Of a stretch of DNA of 64,000 nt, positions 12,516 through 25,227 are shown one piece after another. Source of the stretch: an uncultured virus (IMG/VR IMGVR_UViG_3300018878_000142) (taxonomy: Duplodnaviria > Heunggongvirae > Uroviricota > Caudoviricetes). The DNA lies in IMG/VR virus record IMGVR_UViG_3300018878_000142. One strand, given 5' to 3'. Position 1 is the stretch's first letter. The number at the start of each line of letters is the position of its first letter. A model generated the notes under the pieces. It was given only the letters and a program-made list of their open reading frames with translations. It did no database searches and was not told where the DNA came from. Both the position numbers and the translations under genes were made by a program.

Positions 12516-12625
12516 ATTAAAAGAACATAGACGCTTTAATATAGTATAATCAGCTCTAAATGCGCGCAAGAGTTTATTATTCTGTATAATAAAGCAAATA
12601 CAAAAATTTAAGGAGAATAAAAATC

Positions 12626-13929
12626 ATGGCAGGTAATAATTCTATACAACTTCTGCGTGGTAGTTCAACTGCTAGAAAAGCTAGCACTGAAAAATTGCTC
12701 TCCGGTCAACCTTTCTACGAAACAGATACAAATTTGTTTTATGTAGGGGGGGGGGCAACTTAAGCTCTGCTACACCTATTAAGGTTAGCACTCTCACAAT
12801 CTAGAGAAATGGTACAACTGTTGGTACCTTTAATGGTTAGACAGCTCAAACTATTAATATCTAGGATACTGATACTAACACAGACTTAAAAACAGCATCA
12901 GGAAATACTTCAAGCAAAATCTACTTAATTGGTGCTACTAGCCAATCTAGTTCTGGTCAAACAACATACTCTCATGATACAGCATATGTTGGAACAGATG
13001 GTTGTTTATACAGTAATAGTAGTAAGGTTGCTGTAAGAACAGAAGTACCATATATTTTAAAAGATAACTCTTATTTAGTTATTTATAAAAACGATTCTTC
13101 TACATTAGAGTCAAATTGTATATATACAAATTATCCATCATACACAATAACTTTTAATGCGAATGGTGGCAGCTGTTCAACAACATCGAGTAAGACATTT
13201 AGAGGAAAATTATCTAGCTTACCTACACCCACTATGAGTGGTGGTACATTCTTAGGTTGGGGCACGTCATCTTCTGCAACTAGCTATGTAAGCTCTAGCA
13301 AAGTTTATAGCTCTAACACAACACTTTATGCTATTTGGAAAATTGATAGTACATCAAGTGGATCAGGTAACGATTATGAAGGTACTTATCAGTTAATAGA
13401 TGATGAAAGTCCACAAAACGTGTTAGCTACTGATGATTATGTTATCATAGCCGGCACCACATCATCTGACAGTATGTTATATTTTATGGGTAATGATTTT
13501 TCTGGTAATTATCCATATAACTATTCTTTAGATCCTTCTGACCAACTAACTTTAGATGGCTCTAGCAGTATAGCTATATTTAAAGTTACTTATAACGATG
13601 GTTAGATAGCTTTACAACTTGCAAATGGTGAGTATTCAGGACAATATTTAGCAAATACTTCGAATAAATATTTAAAACTTCAATCAGATGAATGTTTTTG
13701 GGATATCTCAGAACATGGGTCTCCAGCGTACGGCGGTTTGCAAGTTGGTTCTAATAGAACCAAGCTCATATGTCAGGACACAGGCAACCTTATAGTAGTT
13801 CCTACTAGTATGCAAGCTAATAGCAACAACAGCTATAGTACAACATTCTCGTGTTATACTAATCCAAGTAGTAGTTATCTTGATACGACTCAAATATTCA
13901 GGCTGATCACAGATTCTAACCAACCATAA
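12626..13929 (+). CDS. fibre/adhesin-like protein (Mtd-N-like N-terminus, InlB-B/Listeria-Bacteroides repeat); out of frame at G10 tract, 4 in-frame TAG
   Basis: MAGNNSIQLLRG...GQPFYETDTNLFYVG; -1 shift at 12746-12755 joins a frame with YTITFNANGG...PTPT...FLGW...TLYAIWK running to TAA 13929. Confidence 0.75.
12746..12755 (+). repeat. G10 homopolymer
   Basis: ATGTA-G10-CAACT in an AT-rich genome. Confidence 0.95.
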
Positions 13930-13937
13930 GAAAATAA

Positions 13938-14007
13938 AAAAGATCTCAAGATTTATTTCTTGAGATCTTTTCTTTTAGTTGATTTTATCCTCAAAATATT
14001 ATATAAT
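13938..14007 (+). promoter_or_regulatory. terminator followed by sigma70-like promoter
   Basis: AAAGATCTCAAG...CTTGAGATCTTT hairpin; TTGATT (13979) -17bp- TATAAT (14002). Confidence 0.8.
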
Positions 14008-14293
14008 ATAAATATAAAAGAAGAGGTAAAAAAAAAATTATGTTGAAAATTGAACAAATCGAAAAAGACTTACTTTGGGTAATTAAACTTACAGATGGTA
14101 CTAGAAAAGTTGGAACCTATGATACGGTTAAAGCTTTTTTAGATAGAAATGCTAATATGTTCGATGATATCGATCTGTGTTGTAAGCAACCTGAACATCT
14201 TCAAGAATTTGTTGATAACTGGCTTAAGCATGATTCTGATAATAAATGTTTTACTATTTTAGAAGAATACTATAAAATCTATCTTAAAAATAG

Positions 14294-14322
14294 TTGACTT
14301 TTAACCCAAAATATACTATAAT
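14294..14322 (+). promoter_or_regulatory. sigma70-like promoter
   Basis: TTGACT -17bp- TATAAT. Confidence 0.8.
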
Positions 14323-16616
14323 TATAATATAAATAAGAGAGGTAATTTTATTATGACTATGCAAGAACTTGAACTTAAATATGAGCAAGCAAAAATAACT
14401 GAAAAAGAATTAGCTGAAAAAGCTTGCGAAGCTAGAATTGCTTTAAGTGATAAATTCCAGAAAACGTTAGAGCAATTCTTTGTAGAAGATGATTGCATTA
14501 TCAGTTATTCTGACGTAAGAATAAGTTATCATGATGCAACTAAAGCAGAATTTGGTTGTGATATTGGCTTTAAAGACCCTGAAAATACTGATAGATTGGA
14601 TTTTGGATCTAGCTTTTATTTTGAGTTCGAAGATAGTAAGATCAAAATAAATACTGGAAGTATTGGTGCTTATAAACTTTCTGATATATATCAACTTAAA
14701 AGAAACAATACTATATACCATCTTACTTGCGTTAATGGCGAAAAACTTGAAAAAGCTTTGTGTGATATTGATTGTAGCGAATATGTTGAAGCTACACATA
14801 AATTTTGGGAAGCTTCTACACAAACTAGAGATGCATATAAAGCTATTGAAAACGCTAGAGTAAAAAATATTTCTGAAAGTCTTAATGTGGGTAAGATTTA
14901 TAAGCATTCTAACGATAGAAGTATGTCTTTCTACAAACCTTGCCTTTTTACCTTTCAAACAGACCTTATTAAGATTACAAAAATCACAAACAAATCTGTT
15001 GAGGTTGAAATTACTAATACTGACACTCAAAGATATCCTGGAATCAAGTATGAAAAAGTCAGAAAAAGTAGCTTAATTGATGATATTTTAGCAGGAAAGT
15101 TGTTAGAGGTAGAATAATGGAAAATACTAAATCATCTCTTATTGCAGCATTCTTTGAAAAGCAACCTATTGGTGATTGCACTGATAATAAATTTGAGTTT
15201 GGAAATTTACATAGAAAAACTATCGAATGTTCATTTTGTATAAATAATAAATGTCATTATCGAGGTGACTGCGATCGGAGGAAATCATATGAAAAATAAA
15301 GAAGACTTTAATCAAGAAACCGCTGAGCGTGATCTTCTTGAAAAAGATATTTCAGAAAGTATCGAATATGATGACTGGCGAGCTAGAGAGTATGGTGAAC
15401 TCGATGTTGATACGCACTGGACTGCTAAGCATCTCTATGATAAAGGTTGGCGAAATAAATGTTTAGAAACACCTAACACGCCGAATACTTTTATTATTAA
15501 GGATACTGCTTATATTACATGCAAATGCTGCAATCACGCCATCAGAACTTATGATTTGAGCATATACATGCCTGATGCAGAAGTTATTAAACAATCTATC
15601 GAGGTAAATAAAGATAACATTTATCCTTATTATTGCGAAAATTGTGGTGTAAAATTAAAGTAAATCTAGAGAAAAATTATGGAAGCAAACTTAAAAAATA
15701 ATTACTTCCCAAACTATGAGTGTGGTGAGTGTGTTCCACATCTTGCTTATTTGTATGATCACATAAGCAGAGATGACTTGATTAAAGATAACTGTATAAA
15801 ATGTTTTTTATATAAAAAAGATATAAAAGTTTTAGATGAAAATCTGTATACATATAAGAATATATTTATAGAAAAAGTAGATTTAACTTCGCAAATAGTA
15901 TCAGGTTATGGTTTCAAGGTAAAAAATAGAGAAACTATACACTTTAATATAACGAGCGCTTGCGATGAAATAGATGAGGAAATACAAAATGTTTAATTTT
16001 TGGAGTCAATTAGAAGAAGCTTTAACCGACGCACTCAGAAATGGTATGGTTAATGAGGATAGTAATGCACTAATTACTTTCGCGAGCATTTCTATTCCTA
16101 TCTGGGCAGCAAAATCGATTTTAGATGATCACAAAGATGAGGAAGAACATTTATCAGCACTTTTACAGCATATAGATATGCTAGAAGATTACAACAGACT
16201 TCTCAGAAAAGAAAATGAGGAATTGAAAGCTGATGCGTTGGAATAATGATCACCATGAAAAGATTTTAATGGCTAAACGCGAAAAGAAGCGTATAGAAAA
16301 GCTGTATAAAGAAAAATATCCGCAATATGATACATCAGTGCAGGATCTTGCGCAAGTAGATAAAAACTCTACAGTAACAAAATTTAAACAAATATGACAA
16401 ATAGAGAATACTTAAACACAATAGATGTATGCGATGCTACTATAATTATCATACTTAAAAATACTGAGATTGAGAGTAAAATAAAACAAAGTATTATAGG
16501 AAGCAACGTAAGAAACAAATTGTGTGAAAAATATGGGGTAGATCCACATGATGGGGATCAATACTCAAAATTACAAAAAGCTATGTTAAAAGTGTGGTTA
16601 GCAGAGGAATGTATAA

Positions 16617-16961
16617 ATGTTATTAAGTAAAGAAAGTTTTGTTAAAACAATTAATTTCATGAAAGAAAGAAATGCTAAAATGGAATAGTTAAATAAGCTT
16701 TTCACCGAAGAATTTGAAGATTCTATTTTCTTTCCTTATTTTAAGTACGAAGCTGAAATGGGTAGAGTGTTGAAAGAAATTTTCAATGATACAGAAGAAT
16801 GGATAGATTATTTTTGCTATGAGCGCAATTTTGGTGCTGACTTGAAACTGGGTGATGTTAAATATGCAGATGGTACGCCTATACCAATGAGCACGCCTGA
16901 AGAGCTTTATGATTTTCTTATTATAAATATGAAAGAAAAATCAGAAGAAATTGCTGATTAA
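16617..16961 (+). CDS. hypothetical protein (1 in-frame TAG)
   Basis: ATG 16617 with GAGG RBS reads through TAG into ORF 16758..16961. Confidence 0.65.
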
Positions 16962-17070
16962 CATATTTATCTAAATATTTATGTTTTACCTATAGAGGGT
17001 AATAAAATTATTACAAACAAACACTTAAACATTATATTTCATGTGTTTTGTCTTTCATACTTCTCTTCCG

Positions 17071-17133
17071 CCTCGAAATCTTTTTGGTTTCGAGGTATTT
17101 TTAGTTGATTTATTCCATAAAATATATTATAAT
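17071..17133 (+). promoter_or_regulatory. terminator plus sigma70-like promoter
   Basis: CCTCGAAA...TTTCGAGG hairpin; TTGATT (17105) -17bp- TATAAT (17128). Confidence 0.8.
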
Positions 17134-17164
17134 ATATATGTAAATAAAAGATAGAGGTGCTGTT

Positions 17165-17968
17165 ATGGCGAAAGTAGAATTTATTGAAAAGCGAATCGAA
17201 GGTTGCAAGAAAAATCTTGAAAAAGCTGAAAAGAAACTTGCACGAATTCTTAAAGCAGAAGAAAGTAATTATGAGGAAAACAATCCTTATTACTACTCAG
17301 ACTATGATAAGCGGGTTACTTTGAGAGATATCGAAGATCTTAAAAAGAATCTTGAAAAATATGAGCAAGATTTAGCTATTGCAACCGAAAAAGAAAATAG
17401 CAGAAATGTTCAGATTATTATTGACTTCTTGCAGAATTGGAAAGAAAAAGTATTTGCTGAGTATAAAAGAGATTTAACAGCAGCATATAATATGAGAGCA
17501 GAAGTAAGAAAACTTTATCCAGCTTATTATGTAAGCAAAGATAGCGCTGAGTATCATGAGTGGGAAGAGTTAAGTAAAGAATATAATGAAAGAATTAAGG
17601 GTAAATATTCTTACGAATTGCTCATGAATCCCTGGACTAAAAAAGAAGAAAAGCATAAAGTTAAAGTAGAAGATGGGATTTGGGAATATCTTATAAACTA
17701 TCTCAGTTATAATACCTTAGAAGATGCGCTTGAAAGATTGGATAAAGATTTAACTGATGAGAAGAACAGAAAATATGATTTCATTATCGAGCGCACAAAT
17801 AAGTTTGTAGGTGAAATAGAAGATGTTTCTGATTTGAGAGTTTCTTCTAATGGCGAACTTAATGGTTTCATTATTGGGACTAGAGGAAAAGCAAAAGTTA
17901 CTACTATCATTGCAAATGGTCCTATCAGAATTGCTCATTTCAGAGTTTTGGTTAAAGAGGTAAAATAA
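17165..17968 (+). CDS. phage hypothetical coiled-coil protein
   Basis: 267-aa ORF directly after promoter with GAGGTG RBS. Confidence 0.7.
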   Translation: MAKVEFIEKRIEGCKKNLEKAEKKLARILKAEESNYEENNPYYYSDYDKRVTLRDIEDLKKNLEKYEQDLAIATEKENSRNVQIIIDFLQNWKEKVFAEYKRDLTAAYNMRAEVRKLYPAYYVSKDSAEYHEWEELSKEYNERIKGKYSYELLMNPWTKKEEKHKVKVEDGIWEYLINYLSYNTLEDALERLDKDLTDEKNRKYDFIIERTNKFVGEIEDVSDLRVSSNGELNGFIIGTRGKAKVTTIIANGPIRIAHFRVLVKEVK

Positions 17969-18637
17969 CATGTTGAAAACTAGAAATTATGTCAGAGGTA
18001 AACAAATTCTCACAGTATCAGATCTCAAAAATGCAACTAATGGATTGTTTGTTAAAGATAAAACGATGACGGAATTTGGCTGTATCGATAATCCAGTAAA
18101 TAGAGAATTTTCATATTTAGGCGATGATAAGGCTATTGAAAAATGGTTAAATAGCGCTTTAAAGACTCATGACTTATATGAGAGAATAATTGAAAATAGA
18201 GAAGTCGTATTTTCTGATAAGATTGATAATATGCTCGATGATATGTTAGCATCATTTGCGTATGAATACTCTGATACGGAATATCATAATGAAGAAATTA
18301 TGGAAAAATTTCTTCGTGAACTTAAAGAAAAATTTAAAATTGAGGTGAGAGATGAGTAATGAAAATTTTTTCCTTATGCTGGTAGAAAAAGAAATGATTG
18401 AGTTATGCAATAACAAGCCTAAAATTGAAAATTCACTTAGAATTTATACTTTCTCATATCACAATGCATATGATGTGGCTATATATGGTACAGTTAAATT
18501 TAACCAAATCGGTGGTTTTATAGAATTTATTGAGGAGGGACGATCTGATGATTAAATACATACTATTAGGACTTATATGCTCTAGCTTCGGCTTTTTTAT
18601 GGGTAGATGGTCTAAAAATTAAAAGAGGTGATAAAAT

Positions 18638-18985
18638 ATGACTGAGTTATCTATGAGAGAAATTAGCGAAATATTTAAAGAATACGCTGAAGAAGTTAAT
18701 ATTCCTGTTCGAGATATTATGTTTAGTACTGATGGTAAAAATACTATCACCATCTATACTGATATTCCAGGGCTCTTAATTGGTAAAGCCGGCTCTACTA
18801 TTGAAAAGTATAAGAAAAAATTAAATGCGTTAGTTACTGAGCACAATAATATTATTAAGCAAATAAACAGCAAGCCAGATAGAGAGTATACTATTCCTGA
18901 GATGCCAGAAGTTAAGTTTAATATAATCGAAGTAACTAGAGCTAATTTTTGGTTAAATTATAATTCAATGGGGGAATGTTTCTGA
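18638..18985 (+). CDS. KH-domain protein resembling the ribosomal protein uS3 N-terminal domain
   Basis: ITIYTDIPGLLIGKAGSTIEKYKKKL resembles the S3 KH-II xPGxxIGKxG motif. Confidence 0.65.
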   Translation: MTELSMREISEIFKEYAEEVNIPVRDIMFSTDGKNTITIYTDIPGLLIGKAGSTIEKYKKKLNALVTEHNNIIKQINSKPDREYTIPEMPEVKFNIIEVTRANFWLNYNSMGECF

Positions 18986-20181
18986 TGAAAGATATCTTTA
19001 GATTTTGCATTAGTGTTGCTATAACTATTTTAAATGTTATCTGGATAGTTCATGGAGCTGTAGTTATACATAATTCTTTTGTAGAAGGTAAACAGGTAGC
19101 TTTATGGGAAGTTATTGTTATGAGCTTAGCTTTTGGTTGGTTAGGTTATTTAGCTATAAGCGAGTTTATTTGGGCTATTAAAAATATTTCTTTTCAGAGA
19201 GATAGATATGAAAACAGAGTAGCAAAATATTTAGTTAAAGCTAGACATTATACTAGATTTAAAGCTTACCGACTCATCGATGCTAATAAAGGAATAATCA
19301 GTATGTGTATTGAAGATAACTTATCTCATAAAATTTGTGGTAGAATTTTAGATGGAGTATTTAACGTTGAAAAAGAATAAATTAATAATAGGTATCATTC
19401 TCATGATTGTTGGTTTCGCGGTTATTGCGTTAAACATCGCTTTAATGGTAAAAAATTCTGGTGTAAATATTAAATTAGATGATGCTTTTTTCTATGTTAT
19501 TATAACAATAGCTGGTTGGTGTTTTATCAAAACAGGCTTCTTTATGATTTTAGAAGCGTTTGTTACCAGTGAGCGAGTGTATAAGATTGCTTTAAAGGAA
19601 ACGTTCAATAAATATAATACTAATATGTATGATTACATGACCGATGAGATGATCAAATATTGCGCAGAGCATTGCTGCAACACAGAACATGTTTTTTATT
19701 TAGTAACTAATTCTAAATACGAACCTGAGTTTAATTTGTGAGGCGCTAGCATGTTAACAGAAAAAGATTTAGAAGAGATAGCTAGAGTAAAGAAAAATGT
19801 AGAAGCATGTATGGATAATGAAAATTGTAAAAATTGCTCATACAAACAATCTACAAGCAGCAGTGAGAGTTGCAAATCTAAACTACTAGCTGATTGCTTT
19901 AACGTTATGAGAAAGTATCAAATAAGCTATGATAAATTATTATCACAGAATAAAAGATTACATAAAAGGGTGATGGAGGATTTAGGTATATGATTTGCGT
20001 AGAAGGCTATAAAGCATTTAGAGGTATTATGAAAATTACCCCAACTAACCCAAAATTTCCTGCAGAAGAAATAGAAGCTGACTGGCTTTATAAACCGGAA
20101 TATGATTGTTGGTATGGGAAGGGTTGGTCTTATCCAGCAGCTATTTGTATAGTAATTTTAGATAAAACAGCTTAAAAACAG

Positions 20182-20210
20182 TTGATCTTTCTATAAATTT
20201 ATTATATAAT
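20182..20210 (+). promoter_or_regulatory. sigma70-like promoter
   Basis: TTGATC -17bp- TATAAT. Confidence 0.8.
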
Positions 20211-20838
20211 ATTATTGTAATAAATAGTAAGAAGGTTAAATTATGGCTGATTATTTTAAGGATGATTTTGGAAATTACGAAGTTACTTTCACTTATAAGG
20301 AGCCAGATAATGGGAAAACTTATGAGTTTAGAAAATATGTAAATAGTAAGAAAATTAAAGCTTTAGGTGGTATGTATGCTATCTACTGCGAAGAAGATAA
20401 TAAAATTATTTTTAGAAAATCAGAATATTTGCGGGATAGAAGTTACAAAAAGTTTTCAGAAGATCAATGCGAGGATTTCATTTATGTAAATAAAGCTACG
20501 GATGATGAAAATCCTTCTGCTTATGAGTTGTTAGAACAATTAAATAAAAGAATAAAGTCAGAATATTATTCACTTCCTTCTAAAATTGATAAAACAAAAT
20601 TAACAGAAGAAGAATTTCAAACTTTGATAGGACTGATAAAGAAAAGCTTACCATCGAGGTGAAACTATGAGATACGATAAATATAGAATTCTTAAGCAAG
20701 GTAAAGACTTATGGGTGATTATTGAGCCTAGCAGACAGCTTACGTTGTATGATGAAAATAATAAGTTATTGCATTTTACTACAAAAGAATCTGCTTTAAA
20801 ATATTGTGCAGATAATAATCTAGAAGTAGGTGAGGAAT

Positions 20839-22137
20839 ATGTTTGAGGAATTAATTAAAGAATATACTTGCTTAAAAACAGAAGCAGAATTTTCTGTTAG
20901 ATTTGCTAACATGTTACAAAGTTTGACCTGCGCATTAAATCAAAATAATAAGAATGATGTAAGTTATTATACTAGAAGAAGCAAAGAGCTTTTGGAAGGT
21001 ACTAGAGTTCCTATCCAGGTTCCTATGTTTGAAATCAGTAATACGCATCCTGATTTTGCATGGCTTACAAATGCTCTCGAATCTGTTATTAGTTCTGAAA
21101 TGTGGCACCCTATGGTTAGTGCTAACGTAGGTTATGAGTATAGAAAGATTGTAAATCATTGGTATGATTTAACCTGTGATGATTCTGCACCCAGAAGAAA
21201 AGCATTAGGTGATTTCTCTATGAGAGGTCAAGAATGTAGACACAGTGCTTATAAATCAAGCGCTGGTTGGTTGTTATCTCACGTAAACACTGCTACTGTT
21301 CCTGCAATCCCTTATCTCGAACAATATTATAATGCAGATTGTACTAAAGAAGAAGTTGGTTTTGGATCACCTAGTACTGAGCATTCTGTTATGTGCTCAA
21401 ACTTCGCAGTAGATGGTGATGAAATCACAATGGTTAAACGCCTTCTTACTGAAAAATATCCTAACACTTCTTTCTCAATGGTTTCAGATAGTTATGATTA
21501 TTGGAATTTAGTTTGCAATATTCTTCCTAAATGCAGAAAAGAAATAGAAGAACATAATGGATGCTTACTAGTTAGAGGTGATAGCGGTGATCCAGTAGAT
21601 GTTGTAACTAAAACAGTATTTCAATTAGGTGAGCTTTTTGGTTATAGCGTAAATAGTAAAGGCTATAAAGTTCTCAATCCTAAAGTGAAAGCTATTTATG
21701 GCGATTCTATTACAGTGACTAGAGCTGCTCAAATCTATGAAATTTTATATAAAAATGGTTGGGCTGCTAGCAATGTAGTATTAGGTGTTGGTAGTTTCTC
21801 AATGCAATGTCTTGAGGGTGAAAATGGTAAATTAAATCCTTTTACTAGAGACACTTTTGGTATTGCTATTAAAGCAACGCATGTGCTTATGAAAGATGGA
21901 ACTGAACATTTTGTATTTAAGAATCCTAAAGAAGGTGGATTTAAAAAGTCACATAAAGGTTGCTGTTTAGTTATTAATGATGGTGGCGAACTTATTTGCA
22001 ATGATGAACATAAATTTGTAGAAACATACTCAGTGTTAAACGAAATGAAAGTAGTGTTTAAAGATGGTAAGATGGTTAAAGATCAGAGCTTGAAAGAAAT
22101 TAGAGACAGATTGTGGGACAATAAATTCTATGAGTAA
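20839..22137 (+). CDS. nicotinamide phosphoribosyltransferase-family protein (Nampt/NadV or Namat), N-terminus atypical
   Basis: EGTRVP..VPMFEISNTHPDFAWL, DFSMRG, STEHSVM, VSDSYD, RGDSGDP, IYGDSIT, GVGSF, RDTFGIAIKAT. Confidence 0.85.
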   Translation: MFEELIKEYTCLKTEAEFSVRFANMLQSLTCALNQNNKNDVSYYTRRSKELLEGTRVPIQVPMFEISNTHPDFAWLTNALESVISSEMWHPMVSANVGYEYRKIVNHWYDLTCDDSAPRRKALGDFSMRGQECRHSAYKSSAGWLLSHVNTATVPAIPYLEQYYNADCTKEEVGFGSPSTEHSVMCSNFAVDGDEITMVKRLLTEKYPNTSFSMVSDSYDYWNLVCNILPKCRKEIEEHNGCLLVRGDSGDPVDVVTKTVFQLGELFGYSVNSKGYKVLNPKVKAIYGDSITVTRAAQIYEILYKNGWAASNVVLGVGSFSMQCLEGENGKLNPFTRDTFGIAIKATHVLMKDGTEHFVFKNPKEGGFKKSHKGCCLVINDGGELICNDEHKFVETYSVLNEMKVVFKDGKMVKDQSLKEIRDRLWDNKFYE

Positions 22138-23041
22138 TTACAGAATAACATATAAAAACTGTTTCGATGTACCAAATAAAAACAAACATATTTACTCTAA
22201 AGCTATTCTTGAAAAAGCTTTCGCACAATTAACAGAAAAACTTCCTGTTATGTATGTAGCTGATGAAAAGCAATTTCTAGAGAATAGTTTTGAAATAATT
22301 GGCGCAGTAACAGATACAACTTTCACTGATAATGATCTTATTATGGAAGTTAGCATTTGTAATGCAGATTTATATCCTGAAAGTTATCCATTATGCTTAT
22401 GTGGTTGGGATGAGGTTGAGTATGAGCCATCAGAAGGTGCCTTTTGCGCAACTGAAAATTATAGATTAAATTGTTTATATCCATGGCCAGATTGCGCTTT
22501 TGATTATGAGTTGGAGAAAATCTAAATGTATAAGGTAGAATTATCTATAGAAGAAATTTGCTTAATTAAATCAGCTTTAACTGACTTAAATCAAAAATTG
22601 GAAGATAAGAAAATAACAGCAGTGCATTTTTATACTGGCAAAAAAGATTTAAAGAAAAGCTTACAACATATAGATGAGACTAGGTTAGATATTTTTACTG
22701 TTTTAGGTAAATTAAATAATGTAACTATAAAAACACAATAAAATTTGCTAAAAGTTTAAATATTATTGATATTAAAATATAAATAAAAATAATTGGAAGA
22801 GGAATAAAAATGGATACATTATCAATAAATTATATGGAACTAGATCCAAATAAAGTTTATCATATCGCTGTTGAAGTTAGAGATATGAGTGTAAAGGATA
22901 CAGAAGACCATTTAACTAGAGTTAGAGATTTATTTAGTAACTATGGAATTAAAGCAATTTATTCTGCGATGACCTACGGTGTACATTCAGTAACTATTAC
23001 TGATTTACCTATGTCTATAAAGAATAACAATTAAACAAATT

Positions 23042-23332
23042 ATGGCATTTCTTTTAATATATTTACTAGTTGCATTATTTACTATGGTTATTTCATTAGG
23101 TAAAGTGGTTTAGCAAGAAGATGAGGATTTTATATTGAATTGTACTCCATCGATGCTCTACGATAACTACCGCAGTTTAAATATGTTTGCTTGTGTTACA
23201 TTATGGGTAATTATTTTACTGATAAATCCATTATGGCAAATTTTATTCAATGGTGGTACTTTTCTAATTTATAATATTGGTAAATTTTTTAAATTTATTT
23301 TTACAATTGGGAGAAAAAATGATTACTTATAA
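23042..23332 (+). CDS. small membrane protein (1 in-frame TAG)
   Basis: ATG 23042 reads through TAG into ORF 23135..23332; hydrophobic segments. Confidence 0.55.
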
Positions 23333-23798
23333 AACTGGAAATTTATTAGAAGCAGATGTTGACTATATTGTACATCAGGTAAATTGTCAAGGCGCGATGG
23401 GTTCAGGTATAGCTAAGCAAATTAGAAATAAATGGCCTCATGTTTACGATGAGTATAAGTGGTTTTTAAATTGCAGTAAAAATAGCTGGAAAATACCTGC
23501 TTTAGGAAGAATCCAAATTATTCTAGAAGATCCAGATAAAGAAGTTGGTAAATGTAGAAATATAGTAAATTTCTTCTCTCAGTATCACTATTTACCTAGA
23601 AATGTAGTTAACACAGATTATGATGCTTTCAGAAGTTGCTGCGAAGAGCTGAGAACAGTTGCACTCAAACATCAAACAATCGGTTTTCCTTATAAAATTG
23701 GGTGTGGTTTAGCAGGTGGTGATTGGACAATTGTAGAGAATATTATCGCCACTGTTTTCGAAGATTATAATGTGGAGATTTATAAATATGAAGCTTGA
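23319..23798 (+). CDS. macro domain protein (ADP-ribose processing)
   Basis: GNLL, HQVNCQGAMGSGIA, PYKIGCGLAGGDW. Confidence 0.9.
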   Translation: MITYKTGNLLEADVDYIVHQVNCQGAMGSGIAKQIRNKWPHVYDEYKWFLNCSKNSWKIPALGRIQIILEDPDKEVGKCRNIVNFFSQYHYLPRNVVNTDYDAFRSCCEELRTVALKHQTIGFPYKIGCGLAGGDWTIVENIIATVFEDYNVEIYKYEA

Positions 23799-23987
23799 TC
23801 TTTGTAAGAAAATATTTCTAACTATACTTTTCATTTTCTTTGGTGTACTAGGTATTTGGTATACCATTAAAACAGCGAACCCTGCAGCTTTAATCTTAGA
23901 CGCTATAATGAGCTTTATAATTGGTGTAGCGTGTGGTGTAGGAATACATAGCATATGGTTTCTTAAATAAATAATAGAGGTATATAA

Positions 23988-24788
23988 ATGGACGCTAAAA
24001 GAGTAGCAAATAATATAAATAACTGGTTAGAAGATTATAGAGTTATAACTGATTGTAAGGGTGTTGTATTAGGCTTAAGCGGAGGTAAAGATAGTACCGT
24101 AGTTGCTATGCTTGCTAAAAAGCAATGGGGTGATGATGTTTTCGCTATTATTATGCCTAATGGTAATCAAGCTGATATCGATGATGCTATCGAAATTGCA
24201 GAAACATTAAATATTGATTATAGAATTGTAAATATTGAAACTGTTTTCAATAATTTATTATTTAATATCGAGACTGTGGTTCGCAAATCAGACATTACTG
24301 GCGAAAAAGATTGGTTTGAAAATTGCCCTAAAATTTCAGATAAAGCTAAAACAAACATTCCACCTAGACTTCGCATGACTATTCTTTATGCTGTAGCTCA
24401 AACATTGGGTTATAGAGTTATTGGAACAGGAAATGCTAGCGAAAGATGCATTGGTTGGTTTACAAAATATGGTGATGGGGGTTGTGATTTAAATCCTATT
24501 GCGCATCTCACTTGTTCAGAAGTAATTGAGTTAGGTACATATCTCGCTCAAGAGTTTAATTTATCTGATGTATTTATTAAGAAAGTTCCTGCTGATGGTT
24601 TAACAGGTAAGTCCGATGAGGATAATTTCGGTTTCACATATAAGCAGTTAGATGCTTTCATTAGGGAAGGTGATTGTGGGGATGAAACTCTCAACAAAAA
24701 GATGAAGAAAATGCATGATATGAGCGAACATAAATTGAGAGTTCCTGTAACATATACTGATACATGGTTTCTAAATAGAAGAGATTAA
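23988..24788 (+). CDS. nadE: NH3-dependent NAD+ synthetase
   Basis: GLSGGKDS PP-loop, NIPPRLRMTILY, GTGNASE, GWFTKYGDG, PADGL...DE. Confidence 0.92.
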   Translation: MDAKRVANNINNWLEDYRVITDCKGVVLGLSGGKDSTVVAMLAKKQWGDDVFAIIMPNGNQADIDDAIEIAETLNIDYRIVNIETVFNNLLFNIETVVRKSDITGEKDWFENCPKISDKAKTNIPPRLRMTILYAVAQTLGYRVIGTGNASERCIGWFTKYGDGGCDLNPIAHLTCSEVIELGTYLAQEFNLSDVFIKKVPADGLTGKSDEDNFGFTYKQLDAFIREGDCGDETLNKKMKKMHDMSEHKLRVPVTYTDTWFLNRRD

Positions 24789-25168
24789 ATATGATTTATT
24801 TACATTTTGGTTTAGCTTTTTGGATAGTTTTTGGTTTATACTTCTTCTATATAATAATAGATTTAGAATATTATCATGATGACTTGATAAAAGCTGTTGT
24901 AGCATTTTATAAAAGTTTAAGACGACGCATTAGCTCATTTAATATATTTGGAAAGATTTTTTCTTATATTATAAGTACAGCAGTAGCTTTGCCTGCGATA
25001 TTATTGCATTATATACTCTTTATACCTTTTGTATTAATTATCTGGTTTTTACTCAATATATTTTTCTGGTTAGCTACATTAAAATTAAAGAAAGATAAAA
25101 CAACAAAATGGACATCTACAGATAAAACAGAATAATATTAAAAATCATTAAAATTATAAGTTATCTAG

Positions 25169-25197
25169 TTGATTTCTTATAATTTTTATTATATAAT
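25169..25197 (+). promoter_or_regulatory. sigma70-like promoter
   Basis: TTGATT -17bp- TATAAT. Confidence 0.8.
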
Positions 25198-25227
25198 ATT
25201 AATATAAGAAATATGTGAGGTAAAGAT

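Noticed and set aside
12626..13929. Diversity-generating retroelement target (Mtd-N-like domain)
   Set aside because: No reverse transcriptase and no template/variable repeat pair seen in the window
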